This document shows positions 36,156 to 46,321 of a stretch of DNA of 64,000 bases, one piece after another. Position 1 is the first letter of the stretch; each line of letters begins with the position of its first letter. The position numbers and the translations under genes were made by a program. The stretch is from Nitrososphaeraceae archaeon (GTDB lineage: Archaea > Thermoproteota > Nitrososphaeria > Nitrososphaerales > Nitrososphaeraceae): the NCBI GenBank assembly GCA_036557405.1, contig DATBHO010000089.1:1991-65990 (forward strand), given 5' to 3'. The notes beneath the pieces were generated by a model. The model saw nothing but the letters and a program-made list of their open reading frames with translations, ran no database searches and had not been told where the DNA came from.

Positions 36156-37061
36156 TTAGAATGAGAGTATTTCTTTATATTTTTCATGTCTTTTTTTAAT
36201 ATCATTGGCATTAATATTAACAATCTTTTCAACGCCATACTCCTCAATTGCAAACGACCCCATGATGTTTCCATGTATTACAGCATTTTTCAATGATTTT
36301 GAATCCACATTTTCATTTTGTGACAAGAACCCAATAAAAGCACCACCAAAAGAATCACCAGCTCCGGTAGGATCTTTTAGTAATTCAGTAGGATAAGCTG
36401 GTAGTGGGTAAAATTCATTATTATAGAGAAGCAGCGACCCATTTTCTGCTTTATTAATTACTGCAAATGCAGGACCATTTGACACTAACAAGCGAGCACA
36501 ATTGAAAATATTTCTATCTTTAAACAGCAATTTGACCTCTGATTCATTTATGATTATGCCATCAACTTTATTTATCATACTCATAACCTCATCTCTCTTA
36601 TTCATAATCCAAAAATCCATTGTATCACAAATTATCATCTTTGGTCTGGAAAATAATGCCAACACCCTCATATTTTGCACTGGATCATTATTTGCCAGAT
36701 AAACATATTCTGAATCAACATATTCTTCTGGTATCGTCGATTGGTAATTTGATATGACATTTAGCTCAGTTTTATTAGTAGTCCTTTTTGAAAGATCATA
36801 GTCAAAGGAAGAGTCATAATGAAAAGTTTTTTCAGTTTGACTAATTGTTAATCCTCTGATATCAAGACGATTTCTCAGGATCTCCAGATACGACGGAGGA
36901 AAATCATTTCCAACGATCCCAACTATAGATGTGGGTACATATTTTGATGCCGAAATTGATGCAAATGTAGCTGTACCCCCCAACGTTCTTTCAACAGTGT
37001 GAAATGGTGTGCGGGTAGTATCTAATGCAATGGTTCCAAATATTGTTAGCATGCAGTTCAA
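36156..37061 (-). CDS. PfkB-family sugar/nucleoside kinase
   Basis: N-terminal GTIALD...GGTATF and the C-terminal DPTGAGDSFGGAFIG anion-hole motif of the ribokinase superfamily. Substrate not assignable. Confidence 0.8.
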   Translation of the reverse strand: MNCMLTIFGTIALDTTRTPFHTVERTLGGTATFASISASKYVPTSIVGIVGNDFPPSYLEILRNRLDIRGLTISQTEKTFHYDSSFDYDLSKRTTNKTELNVISNYQSTIPEEYVDSEYVYLANNDPVQNMRVLALFSRPKMIICDTMDFWIMNKRDEVMSMINKVDGIIINESEVKLLFKDRNIFNCARLLVSNGPAFAVINKAENGSLLLYNNEFYPLPAYPTELLKDPTGAGDSFGGAFIGFLSQNENVDSKSLKNAVIHGNIMGSFAIEEYGVEKIVNINANDIKKRHEKYKEILSF

Positions 37062-37103
37062 TCGATAACAACAATAAATAAGTGTTCAACAATACTTTTA
37101 ATA

Positions 37104-37682
37104 TTGAAGTCGGAGACAAAATATGATAAAATTGTTGTTGGCTTTTCCGGAGCATCAGGCATTATTTATGGAATACGACTCTTGGAGATACTTCACTCCA
37201 TTAATATTCAGACATATCTCATAATCAGTGAGTGGGCAAAAAAAAATATAGAAATTGAAACCGATAAAACATTAGAATATGTAAAATCTTTGTCATCTGT
37301 TAATTACGATAATTTCAAGCTAGACGCCTCCGTTTCAAGCGGGTCATTTCTTCATGACGGTATGGTAATAGTACCATGTAGCATGAAATCTCTATCCAGC
37401 ATTGCAAATGGTTATGACGATACTCTCATATCTCGTGCTGCATCTGTTACCTTAAAAGAATCGCGTACATTAATTCTCGTTCCAAGGGAAACACCGCTTT
37501 CGAGAATTCATCTTGAAAATATGATTAAGTTACGAGATGCCGGCGCAATCATACTTCCAGCCATGCCTGGCTTCTATCATAGACCATCAACTATAGATGA
37601 AATTATAGATCATTTGGTTGGGAAAATTCTTGATCAACTAAAAATAAATCATGGTCTTTTTACGAGGTGGAAAGATCAATAA
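37104..37682 (+). CDS. ubiX: flavin prenyltransferase UbiX
   Basis: VVGFSGASGIIYGIRLL, VPCSMKSLSSIANG and LVPRETPLS are typical UbiX/Pad1 motifs. TTG start. Confidence 0.85.
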   Translation: MKSETKYDKIVVGFSGASGIIYGIRLLEILHSINIQTYLIISEWAKKNIEIETDKTLEYVKSLSSVNYDNFKLDASVSSGSFLHDGMVIVPCSMKSLSSIANGYDDTLISRAASVTLKESRTLILVPRETPLSRIHLENMIKLRDAGAIILPAMPGFYHRPSTIDEIIDHLVGKILDQLKINHGLFTRWKDQ

Positions 37683-37976
37683 ATAAAATCCAGACATTGC
37701 TTTATTTGATTACTACATCTAATATGATTCGGTAAATTTAATGCCTCGATATTGTCTTCAATTTTCTAATCATTATGTTCTCGTAACAAGTAACATGTAT
37801 CTATCGATTCCTTGGTTAGACCAGTTTTGTGTTGTATTACAAATCAGACCTAAAATGAAGCGATTTATGCCAAACTTCAAATAGTACAACCTGCTTAAAA
37901 TTGTGAATAAGGAGAATATCCCACTGGGTAAATTCACTATAGTCTTATTTTAGTAACGAGTATTAAACACTATCAA

Positions 37977-38555
37977 TCATTTTTCCCATAATTGTAATTT
38001 TTCAATTTTTGATTTTCTCTTTGCTTGATAGAGCATTTCGTAAACTGTCTTATGAGATCTTCCATTGATTAATAACATTAATGCATCAATAGCCAACTTT
38101 GTTTCTTCATAGTTTCCGATCAAAGAAATCGTATGCCCGTATATTGAAATAAATGTATTCGTTAATTCCTCTAGATTCTTTCTCGCTTTACCTTTTTCAC
38201 CGATTATTCTTCCCTTAATCCTATTGGTAGAATTGGTTGAGGTTGTAAAGTTACGAAGATCCAAAACCTGAAAAAGCGACTCATCGTCTAGGATCCTGAA
38301 GGCTCTTTCTGGAGAAAAACCATTTGAAATAGCATTGATAATGTCCCTTGCTTTTAATGCTCCATATTCATCGAAATTTTTAGTTGTCGAAGATATTGTT
38401 ATTTGACCTGTCTTACTTTCAATTTCAATTCTTACATTGCACATTTTGCAAATTTTAATTTTGGTTTTTCCTTTAATCCCTATTACAACCGGAATTCGTT
38501 CTTCGGGTATATGCAGTATTAAACTGAGATGTTCATCTTTATCCAAAGTAGACAT
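37977..38555 (-). CDS. KH-domain RNA-binding protein (archaeal Dim2/Pno1 homologue)
   Basis: Two KH modules (VVIGIKGKTKIKI; GRIIGEKGKARKNLEELT). 192 aa. Confidence 0.75.
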   Translation of the reverse strand: MSTLDKDEHLSLILHIPEERIPVVIGIKGKTKIKICKMCNVRIEIESKTGQITISSTTKNFDEYGALKARDIINAISNGFSPERAFRILDDESLFQVLDLRNFTTSTNSTNRIKGRIIGEKGKARKNLEELTNTFISIYGHTISLIGNYEETKLAIDALMLLINGRSHKTVYEMLYQAKRKSKIEKLQLWEK

Positions 38556-38606
38556 TATTAGAAATAAGCATTTGTAATTATTTATTTATTGTTCGACATT
38601 TTTCCC

Positions 38607-38951
38607 TTAATATGACTGTGCGAATCTATATATCATTAGAAATGGAACATCTGAAAAATACTTGACGCTTGATTTCTTTGCAAGGTTCATTTCAATTGCC
38701 TTGTTTACAGTTTCTTTACCCGCTAAATTTGAGATAGTAGATTTATTCAAATAAGATTCTATCTCAGACTCATCTACAATTTTTTCCATCCAGTAATTTT
38801 TTTCAATATTTATTGTAACATTATCATGATGAATTTGCTTATTAATTAGGTAAAGATCGCATATGTTGGCCATAATGGAATTTCGGTAATTTATCGTTCT
38901 AATTGCATATCTTTGAGGTTGGTTTTTGTGTCCGCTATTATCAATTGTCAA
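38607..38951 (-). CDS. DUF424-like protein
   Basis: ICDLYLINK...NLAGKETVNKAIEMNL...VPFLMIY resembles the DUF424 layout. Lies upstream of the Dim2 homologue. The TTG at 38951 is the longest start, and the ATG at 38873 (MANICD...) is equally plausible. Confidence 0.45.
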   Translation of the reverse strand: MTIDNSGHKNQPQRYAIRTINYRNSIMANICDLYLINKQIHHDNVTINIEKNYWMEKIVDESEIESYLNKSTISNLAGKETVNKAIEMNLAKKSSVKYFSDVPFLMIYRFAQSY

Positions 38952-39150
38952 ATGGTATCTTCAAGAATGTTAATTTAGATAAGTTTTTTGTTCAAGCACT
39001 ATCTAAGTACCTATTATGGATCACTATGGAGTAATAGATATAAAATAAATGTTCATTATCATTGTTTGTATTTTTATTATTAAACATTAATACTATTAAT
39101 GGACCATCAAATTAATTAGTCCCTCACCCATAATGATGACGTAGAAGAGA

Positions 39151-40314
39151 TTGCCAAAAGACCTAGAATACATGAGGGACAAAAGGAATTTGGATTATAC
39201 TTCCATTTCAACTCATTATAGAAGAGTTCTTGTTGTCTGTATAGACAGAGACAACGATCTAGGTAAACATGGTGGCGTCGAGACGCCGGTTTTTGGAAGA
39301 GATCAATGCATTAGCGCAGGAACTAGGTTAGCAATTGAAGATCCAGAGGACGCTGACGCCAACTCAATCTTCGGCGCAGTAAAAATATATGAAGAGCTTG
39401 TAACAAAGGGATATGAAACTGAGGTTGCTGTTATTGCTGGAGCATATAATCGTGGTGTAGAAGCTGATGAAAAAATATCATCAGAACTAATAGCAGTATT
39501 ATCTAAATTCAAAGCCGAGGGAATTGTCATTGTTTCTGATGGGGAGGACGATGAAACGGTAATACCGCTAATACAAGCTATGGTTCCAGTGATATCCATA
39601 CAAAGGATAATCATGCGACATAGTAGAAGCGTTGAATATTCATATGCAGTTTTTGGAAAATACATTAAGATGTTGATTTATGACCCACGATATTCAAAGT
39701 TCTTTTTGGGCGTACCTGGCGCCCTGCTTATAGCCAGTGGATTTGCTACTATATTTGGTTTCACTAGAGAAGCCTTGGCACTAGTATTGAGCATACTAGG
39801 TGTTGCATTTGTAATCAGGGCTTTTGATATTGACAAAGCAATTGGATCGCTTAACAGGACCACACCATCAACATTCATTAGGATATTTTGTACATTTGCG
39901 GGGATCATGATTATTTTGGTGGGAATATCTAATGGGATATCAAGCATACCGGACGGAGCAGTTCCAAAAGACGCTAGCATAACTGGGATTATCACAAATA
40001 GAGTTGTAGTAGGTGACTTTGTTCATGGTTCAATAACTTTAATCTGGATAGGTATGGGGACTATTTTTGGTGGGATGCTCCTAAGTAATTGGTTTAAAGG
40101 GAGTATTAGAATTCTTTCGGATATCCTCCGATTGGTTATACTTGGTTTGATATTTATACCTGCAATTCAATTTACGTCAGTCCTAACTGAGAAAACCAAC
40201 CCATTTAATCTTATTTCTTCGTTGTTTATTGGTTTAGCGATTACACTAGTGGCCACTACATTTTTGTTTCAATATTTCAGAAACAAGAAAGGTGGGGAAC
40301 ATTTAAAGCATTAG
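39151..40314 (+). CDS. DUF373-family membrane protein
   Basis: Soluble N-domain (VLVVCIDRDNDLGKHGG...IEDPEDADANSIF...VSDGEDDE) followed by about 6 TM helices. TTG start, with the alternative ATG 7 codons in. Confidence 0.6.
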   Translation: MPKDLEYMRDKRNLDYTSISTHYRRVLVVCIDRDNDLGKHGGVETPVFGRDQCISAGTRLAIEDPEDADANSIFGAVKIYEELVTKGYETEVAVIAGAYNRGVEADEKISSELIAVLSKFKAEGIVIVSDGEDDETVIPLIQAMVPVISIQRIIMRHSRSVEYSYAVFGKYIKMLIYDPRYSKFFLGVPGALLIASGFATIFGFTREALALVLSILGVAFVIRAFDIDKAIGSLNRTTPSTFIRIFCTFAGIMIILVGISNGISSIPDGAVPKDASITGIITNRVVVGDFVHGSITLIWIGMGTIFGGMLLSNWFKGSIRILSDILRLVILGLIFIPAIQFTSVLTEKTNPFNLISSLFIGLAITLVATTFLFQYFRNKKGGEHLKH

Positions 40315-40371
40315 AACGATTCGTTTCATAAGGGTTATTATATGATTTAAGATAACTCAAATAGAGAGCAT

Positions 40372-41163
40372 ATGAAAAGTTTTTTTTATGATCTCATTAA
40401 TAATAATTGGTTTTATAGATTTTATGAACGTAAGTTAGAAACACAAATAAAACAAGATTCTCTCCCGAGTCATGTTGCAATAATATTGGATGGAAATAGA
40501 AGATGGGCAAAATATCACTTTTTGGCAAGCAAGGGGACGCACACCATTGGGGCAGACAAGGCCGAACAGTTACTAACATGGATCTACGATCTTAGAATTA
40601 AAATAACTACGCTTTACGTATTATCCATTGAAAATCTGGAACGTGACAAGAAAGAATTGGAAGAAATCTATGATCTGCTTAGAATAAAACTTGAAAAACT
40701 GTACGACGACTCCCGAATACATGAGAGACAGATGAAGATAAAGGCGATCGGGAATGTAGAAGCCCTACCAGAGTCAATAAAGGATATTCTATTTAAACTT
40801 GAGGAGGAGACAAAACACTATGACCTCACGTTCCTAAACATAGCTGTTGCTTATGGCGGACAGCAGGAATTAGTTGAAGCGATTCGAAAAATTGCTCACG
40901 ATGTGGAAAGAAAGGAGTTGCAAATATCGGATATCAATGAACAGTCAATTGATTCGTATCTTTATACCTCACATTTGCCTCAGCCAGAACCCGACCTTAT
41001 CCTGAGAACTTCTGGTGAAAAACGCCTCAGTGGTTTTTTGTTATGGCAAAGCGCATACAGTGAACTAGTGTTCATGGACGTATTTTGGCCTGAATTTAGA
41101 AAAATCGATTTAATGAGAGCAATTAGAACATTTCAGAGGCGCCGAAGAAGATATGGAAAATAA
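40372..41163 (+). CDS. uppS: cis-prenyltransferase (undecaprenyl/di-trans,poly-cis-polyprenyl diphosphate synthase)
   Basis: HVAIILDGNRRWAK, YVLSIENL, RTSGEKRLSGFLLWQSAYSEL. Confidence 0.9.
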   Translation: MKSFFYDLINNNWFYRFYERKLETQIKQDSLPSHVAIILDGNRRWAKYHFLASKGTHTIGADKAEQLLTWIYDLRIKITTLYVLSIENLERDKKELEEIYDLLRIKLEKLYDDSRIHERQMKIKAIGNVEALPESIKDILFKLEEETKHYDLTFLNIAVAYGGQQELVEAIRKIAHDVERKELQISDINEQSIDSYLYTSHLPQPEPDLILRTSGEKRLSGFLLWQSAYSELVFMDVFWPEFRKIDLMRAIRTFQRRRRRYGK

Positions 41164-41380
41164 GATAATATTGATATGGCTAGCTCGCTTCCAAGATATC
41201 AATGCCAAAGCATGGTGATTATAATCAGAAAGGCCAGTGGTTTTGCCACAAGTGGATCGACAAGAAACATTGGTTAGAGATTCATGGCTATCCCCCAATT
41301 TCCGCAAATATTGAATCAGATGAATATGATGTCATACAAAACAGCTAGTTGATATGGATTTTTAGTACTGAAATTTTGAT

Positions 41381-41821
41381 ATGATGGAAGAAAAATCTGC
41401 AGGTTTTATTCTCGTCTCAGACAATTTCTTTAATTCTCATTATTCTGTATTACTACTACATTATAGATCAGGTCACTGGGACTTCCCTAAAGGTAATATT
41501 GAAATTAATGAAACTGAAATGCAGGCTGCTACTAGGGAATTGAGAGAAGAAACAAGTATAACAAAATTTAGACTGATACCCAATTTTAGATACATTTTAA
41601 GTTACAAATATGCCAGAAAATCAATTTTGATTTCAAAACAAGTAATCTTATTTCTAGCATCAACTAAAGTAAATGAAGTCAAGATATCGAATGAGCATAT
41701 TGGGTTTAAATGGATTGATATTCACACTTCATCTAAACAATTAACTTATTCTAATGCCAAAAAGGCACTGCAATTTGCCATAAATTTTCTACATGAATTC
41801 CCTTCGAACATTAATTATTAA
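41381..41821 (+). CDS. NUDIX hydrolase
   Basis: Nudix box GHWDFPKGNIEINETEMQAATRELREETSI. Confidence 0.85.
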   Translation: MMEEKSAGFILVSDNFFNSHYSVLLLHYRSGHWDFPKGNIEINETEMQAATRELREETSITKFRLIPNFRYILSYKYARKSILISKQVILFLASTKVNEVKISNEHIGFKWIDIHTSSKQLTYSNAKKALQFAINFLHEFPSNINY

Positions 41822-42001
41822 ATAATCGGTATCTCTCTCGTTGTGATATATAGAATTTATTCATATTTTTCATGCCAAACAACTTGTTCAAGTCAACTTT
41901 ATCGTAAATTTAAATAAAGAATAGTTTTCATCCAGTGATAAAGGCAATTCAAGCTTATCTGGTGGTGAACCTGTATCTTGGAACACAATATTTTTTAGTT
42001 T

Positions 42002-42757
42002 TTACAATTCATTGAACTTAAGCAATTTTGATAATGTTTTGCGCTTGTCTCTTGAATTTAAAATGGAGCGTCCTATTATTAGATAGTTACTCCCATTGTC
42101 AATCGCTGATTTAGGGTTCCCACCTTGAGTACCGACACCAGGGGAATAAATGGGAATTCTAGAAATGGATGTGATATATTTCAAAGTCTCCAAATGTGTA
42201 GCTCCTACTATAATCCCATCAACCCTACTCTTTCTTGCATACTGTAAGAAGATTTCAAACAATGGTAAGATTTTACTTTCCTTTGAACCTTTCTGCACTA
42301 TATTCAAGCCATAACCCTCTTTAACATTTTTATGGCTCATGTAAGCAAGTGAAATTATTCCCATACCAAAATTGTGTGCAAGACGAACGAGGGATCTTAA
42401 TTCATTTAGTCCAATTATTGGATTTACAATGACTGAATCAAAACCCATTGAGTGTAAATAACTTAATATTACATGATTCGTATTCGTGACATCATTTAAT
42501 TTTATGTCAGCTATCGATAGCAAACCATATGAATGTATAATTCTATTAATATCTTGTATGACTTTCTTACTACATGGTAGTAAAAGATGAAAATTAATTT
42601 TAATAGCACATAGATATGGATAGAGATTCCTTATTAAATTTTCAATGTATTTTAAATTATGGTAACGTGGTTCCAAGTCAAGGGCAAGTATTATGAAGCT
42701 TCTGTTATTAGCTGATATTTGAGCAATGCGTTCTTTGTACTGGTAAACTTTATTCAT
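42002..42757 (-). CDS. pyrF: orotidine 5'-phosphate decarboxylase
   Basis: LALDL..., the DIKLNDVTNT (D-x-K-x-x-D) motif and the C-terminal IIGRSI. Confidence 0.75.
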   Translation of the reverse strand: MNKVYQYKERIAQISANNRSFIILALDLEPRYHNLKYIENLIRNLYPYLCAIKINFHLLLPCSKKVIQDINRIIHSYGLLSIADIKLNDVTNTNHVILSYLHSMGFDSVIVNPIIGLNELRSLVRLAHNFGMGIISLAYMSHKNVKEGYGLNIVQKGSKESKILPLFEIFLQYARKSRVDGIIVGATHLETLKYITSISRIPIYSPGVGTQGGNPKSAIDNGSNYLIIGRSILNSRDKRKTLSKLLKFNEL

Positions 42758-43430
42758 TTACTTTCACTAGAGGATGTGCCCCAGACAATTTTATTAATTT
42801 GATGTAAATATATCCATGTTCTTCTATGTTATTTGTAAAAATCGGATCTATTGATTTTAGGCTAGAATATTTTATAAAACAATGATGCGGGTTGTCTGGA
42901 ATCGTTGTGTAATAGAAGTAGGAGATTCCGTCAGATTCAGCCATATTCAGCGCTGTCCCAACAACGTATTTGGATTTCTTTGTACTCTTAAATACAAAGA
43001 GAGGAAGTGGTGATTCTTCGTATATCATTTTATATGATGCTATTTTTACAAGACTTTGGAAATTACTCAACTTGATTGGCTCATAATTGGAATTCTTTAC
43101 ACGTTTTGGTCTACGCCAAAATATTGGCGGAAATTTTTCAACTGATATAACCGGAGAATACATGACTGAGGGATTTTGTATGTTTTCCACTATCGCTACA
43201 TCTTCGATCCCATTACTGTTTCTATATGCAAGATATTGACCATCGCTACTATGTTTGACATAATATATTACAGGTATATTATTTAGAAAATCAATCTGTG
43301 TTGCCAATAAATCTTCTTTGCCAGATTTGAATGAGAACGAAAGAAGGGGCGTTCGTTCAAAGGCGCAGACGAGTCTGCCAAAATCGTGAATTGTGGAAAC
43401 TTCTATAAAAAAAGGCGATTTAAGTTGCAA
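42750..43430 (-). CDS. hypothetical protein
   Basis: 226 aa, TTG start, no recognisable motif. Its stop overlaps the pyrF start by 8 nt. Confidence 0.5.
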   Translation of the reverse strand: MQLKSPFFIEVSTIHDFGRLVCAFERTPLLSFSFKSGKEDLLATQIDFLNNIPVIYYVKHSSDGQYLAYRNSNGIEDVAIVENIQNPSVMYSPVISVEKFPPIFWRRPKRVKNSNYEPIKLSNFQSLVKIASYKMIYEESPLPLFVFKSTKKSKYVVGTALNMAESDGISYFYYTTIPDNPHHCFIKYSSLKSIDPIFTNNIEEHGYIYIKLIKLSGAHPLVKVNE

Positions 43431-43510
43431 TGCTGTACGTTCTTAGATAACAGTATTAAAATCATCCGATAAAGGAGGTTTATTCATACAAATCCCACCT
43501 TATCCTTGCA

Positions 43511-44533
43511 TTACTTGCCTGTCCTGCGATCTATTATTTCGTTAATCTCTACTCCGGTTCCTATGAGAACTACTTTAACACCGAGACTGTCTTCTATCTT
43601 CTCAATGAAACCCTTTGCTTGAGAAGATAATTTAGAGTATTCATTTACCCCAGCACAATCTGGGAAGACTACGTCTAATTTAGTAACAGCGATTTGGCTT
43701 GCGCCATTTATCATTACCGATTTCTTTGCCAACTCCATATTAAAGGGGGAAGCTCTTCGCTGTCTACCAGTTACACTTCCGTATTCTAACCATCCCAATT
43801 TACTTGCTTCTTCGGCGGTAATTTCATTTTCTAAAGGCCCACCTCCTACGCGGGTAACATATGACTTAAAGACAATGATGACATCATCGACTTTCTTTGG
43901 TCCTATACCAATATCAGAACAAATTCCAGAAGCAGTAACGTCTTTGGAGGTTACAAATGGATAATCACCATGATATAATGACAGAAAAGTTCCCTGTGTT
44001 CCTTCTATAATTACATTTTGGTTATCGTCAATTGATTCATTTACAATGTTAGAAACATTTCCAAGGTAATGCTTTAATTCATTTATATCCTTGGCCAATT
44101 TCAGGATTCTTAATGCACGATCAGAATTTGCCGGACCGGTACCACTTCCAGTAGTGCCAACGATTTTCTTTAAGTGTACATCGTTCATATCGCGCTTCAT
44201 GTGCGATTCGTGAATAATTCCGCAATGACTGTCTATTATTATTCTTTTTTCTGCATTATATTTCCGTGATTCTTCCATCAAAATTTCAGGTGTCACAAGT
44301 ACTCCCGCGCCAATCAAAAGTTTTGTTTTAGGATTTAAAACGGCGCTTGGCAACATCCGAACCTTGAAACTTTGATTATTGTAAACAAATGTATGACCTG
44401 CGTTTGCTCCAACTCCTCCTCTTACAGCTATTTTTGGGTCATCTCTAATCGATAGATAAGCAATAATCTTTCCCTTTCCTTCATCACCATAAAATCCCCC
44501 TACTATCACTGAGCAGGTCATTTTCAGATTCAA
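43511..44533 (-). CDS. purA: adenylosuccinate synthetase (short archaeal form)
   Basis: GGFYGDEGKGKIIAYL P-loop, GVGANAGHT, GTTGSGTGP and the GVT-GRQRR region. Confidence 0.9.
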   Translation of the reverse strand: MNLKMTCSVIVGGFYGDEGKGKIIAYLSIRDDPKIAVRGGVGANAGHTFVYNNQSFKVRMLPSAVLNPKTKLLIGAGVLVTPEILMEESRKYNAEKRIIIDSHCGIIHESHMKRDMNDVHLKKIVGTTGSGTGPANSDRALRILKLAKDINELKHYLGNVSNIVNESIDDNQNVIIEGTQGTFLSLYHGDYPFVTSKDVTASGICSDIGIGPKKVDDVIIVFKSYVTRVGGGPLENEITAEEASKLGWLEYGSVTGRQRRASPFNMELAKKSVMINGASQIAVTKLDVVFPDCAGVNEYSKLSSQAKGFIEKIEDSLGVKVVLIGTGVEINEIIDRRTGK

Positions 44534-44723
44534 TTGGGTTAAGAGTAAATATAAGGATAATCAAGTTAAGTGCGCACGCTAGTTGACCGTAAAATTGTAT
44601 TTAAATAATTCACTAAGTCTAACATTTTGGAATTTATCACATAATGTGATTTATGCAAGTTGAAAGCAAATGGCCATTACAGCATGATACTTTGACACAA
44701 TTTTATATAGTCGATTTGAAATA

Positions 44724-45092
44724 ATGATCCTATTTAAGATGGATTACGCAAAGTTGTGTAAACAGATATTGGAACTCGATCCAAAAATTCGTTTTGCAGG
44801 CGTATGTGATGAATCGGGTGAAATAAAATTTGGAGGTCAACGTGAAGGACTCGTCAATTTATTAACAGCAGAGGAAACGAAGAGATCAAATTTGCAAGCT
44901 CTTGCAAGATGGGGTTTACGCAATTCCTTAGCATCTAAAGTGGGCAAAGGAAAATATGCAATGGCAGAGTATGAAAAGATAAAACGAATAACAGCTCCTC
45001 TAGACAATGACCATCTGCTGTTAGTTACTACAGAAGTACAAGCAGATCATCAAAAAATAATAGAAAATGTCCTAAACTTAATTCAAACATAA
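44724..45092 (+). CDS. hypothetical protein (lineage-specific; Roadblock-like size and pattern)
   Basis: 122 aa, containing IRFAGVCDESGEIKFGG...LLLVTTE. No catalytic motif. Confidence 0.5.
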   Translation: MILFKMDYAKLCKQILELDPKIRFAGVCDESGEIKFGGQREGLVNLLTAEETKRSNLQALARWGLRNSLASKVGKGKYAMAEYEKIKRITAPLDNDHLLLVTTEVQADHQKIIENVLNLIQT

Positions 45093-45149
45093 ACAACAGT
45101 AAATTAAGCTCGTCTTGTGGTTAATGTTGATTAAAAACTTAATTCGGAT

Positions 45150-45566
45150 TTAGTCTTCCTTTATCCATTGATGTTCATGTTCCGTGTGCTCATGTGATGC
45201 CCCCACACCAGTTACAGCACCCATGAAATCACCATACACAGCTATAACATCCTTTAAATCTGAAAGTTCCTTAAGAAATTCTAATGTTAATTTGTTGTTG
45301 AAGGCGTAATGCGTTCCGCTATCATGTATTGTCGGATTCATCCCAGTTTTGCTAATGATATAAGTTCTCATTTCTTCTGAATTTACTTCAGGTTTTGTAA
45401 AAACCTCTATCAAATAGAAAGGATCCTTTCTTGGATTATTGCGTATTCGCATTAACAGATCATGAATGAGTTTGGGATGAACCTTAGGAAGATGGATTTC
45501 ATATAGAGTATGTAGCCCTTCAAACACTCTTCTTATTTCATTGAGTTCTGACATTATTAATTTCAA
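45150..45566 (-). CDS. hypothetical protein with His-rich C-terminal tail
   Basis: 138 aa. The tail is GASHEHTEHEHQWIKED. Confidence 0.5.
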   Translation of the reverse strand: MKLIMSELNEIRRVFEGLHTLYEIHLPKVHPKLIHDLLMRIRNNPRKDPFYLIEVFTKPEVNSEEMRTYIISKTGMNPTIHDSGTHYAFNNKLTLEFLKELSDLKDVIAVYGDFMGAVTGVGASHEHTEHEHQWIKED

Positions 45567-45838
45567 TAAATAATATACCTATCAAACTATATGAGCATTT
45601 TTGAACATCTCGATTTCTAAGAGTTATTTTTTAATTCATATGGGTCTTCAGAAATATGAATGGTTTATTTGTTTCTTGACCATTCTTGCACTTATCATAA
45701 ATGGAGAAATGCTTTCAGTTTAGGCAAATCAATCTCGAATTAATAAGCAAAACTAACAACATAAGTATATCTTATCACACCCTACAGTCTGTGATTAGGA
45801 CACAGTGCATAGAAATAGTCTATTAAATATGTTAACGA

Positions 45839-46321
45839 TTGCTTAGAGTTGATATGGTAATGCACTCAGACTCCAATAACAATAACATAGAAAATCTACT
45901 TTTTATCATTGCGAATCTTCCAGATTTTCTAAAATTGTCAATCTGTCGAACTAAAATCAAGGAATTAGTGGGAATGAGAGAAGCAGAAAAAAAGGAGGCT
46001 ATCATTAGAAGTTTAAATTCTATGACCATGATACAACCAGATAAGCTAACTGGATTAACGAAAATATGGATGAGGGCCATATCCGAGATAGAACCAGATG
46101 AACTTACCCAGATATTGTATTGTTATCTTGGGATATTAGAGAGTGTTAATCTTTTTAATAAAATTGATCCGAAAATAATTTTGAATGAATTTTTTTCGCT
46201 TGAGGAAGATGAAAGGAATAAACTACTGGTATGTCTTAAGGAGGCTTTATTTCTGAACCCTGATAGAGAAACTATTTTGAAAAGTATTCCTACGAATATT
46301 GCTGAAGTAATATTCAATTAG
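45839..46321 (+). CDS. hypothetical helical protein
   Basis: 160 aa, TTG start. The stop overlaps the stop of the convergent 46318..46569 gene by 4 nt. Confidence 0.45.
   Translation: MLRVDMVMHSDSNNNNIENLLFIIANLPDFLKLSICRTKIKELVGMREAEKKEAIIRSLNSMTMIQPDKLTGLTKIWMRAISEIEPDELTQILYCYLGILESVNLFNKIDPKIILNEFFSLEEDERNKLLVCLKEALFLNPDRETILKSIPTNIAEVIFN

Noticed and set aside
36053-36274. 73-codon minus-strand ORF overlapping the 3' end of the PfkB kinase gene
   Set aside because: It is in an alternate frame of the same strand, overlapping the conserved C-terminus of the kinase. It has no motif and extends only 103 nt beyond the kinase stop.
39303-39995. Two antisense ORFs (120 and 105 codons) within the DUF373 membrane-protein gene
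   Set aside because: They lie opposite a well-supported plus-strand gene. They have no motifs and a typical shadow-ORF composition.
41110-41307. 65-codon minus-strand ORF overlapping the uppS 3' end
   Set aside because: It is antisense to the conserved uppS C-terminus, and its Cys/Ser-rich translation has no pattern. A plus-strand 48-aa ORF in the spacer is the more plausible candidate, though still weak.
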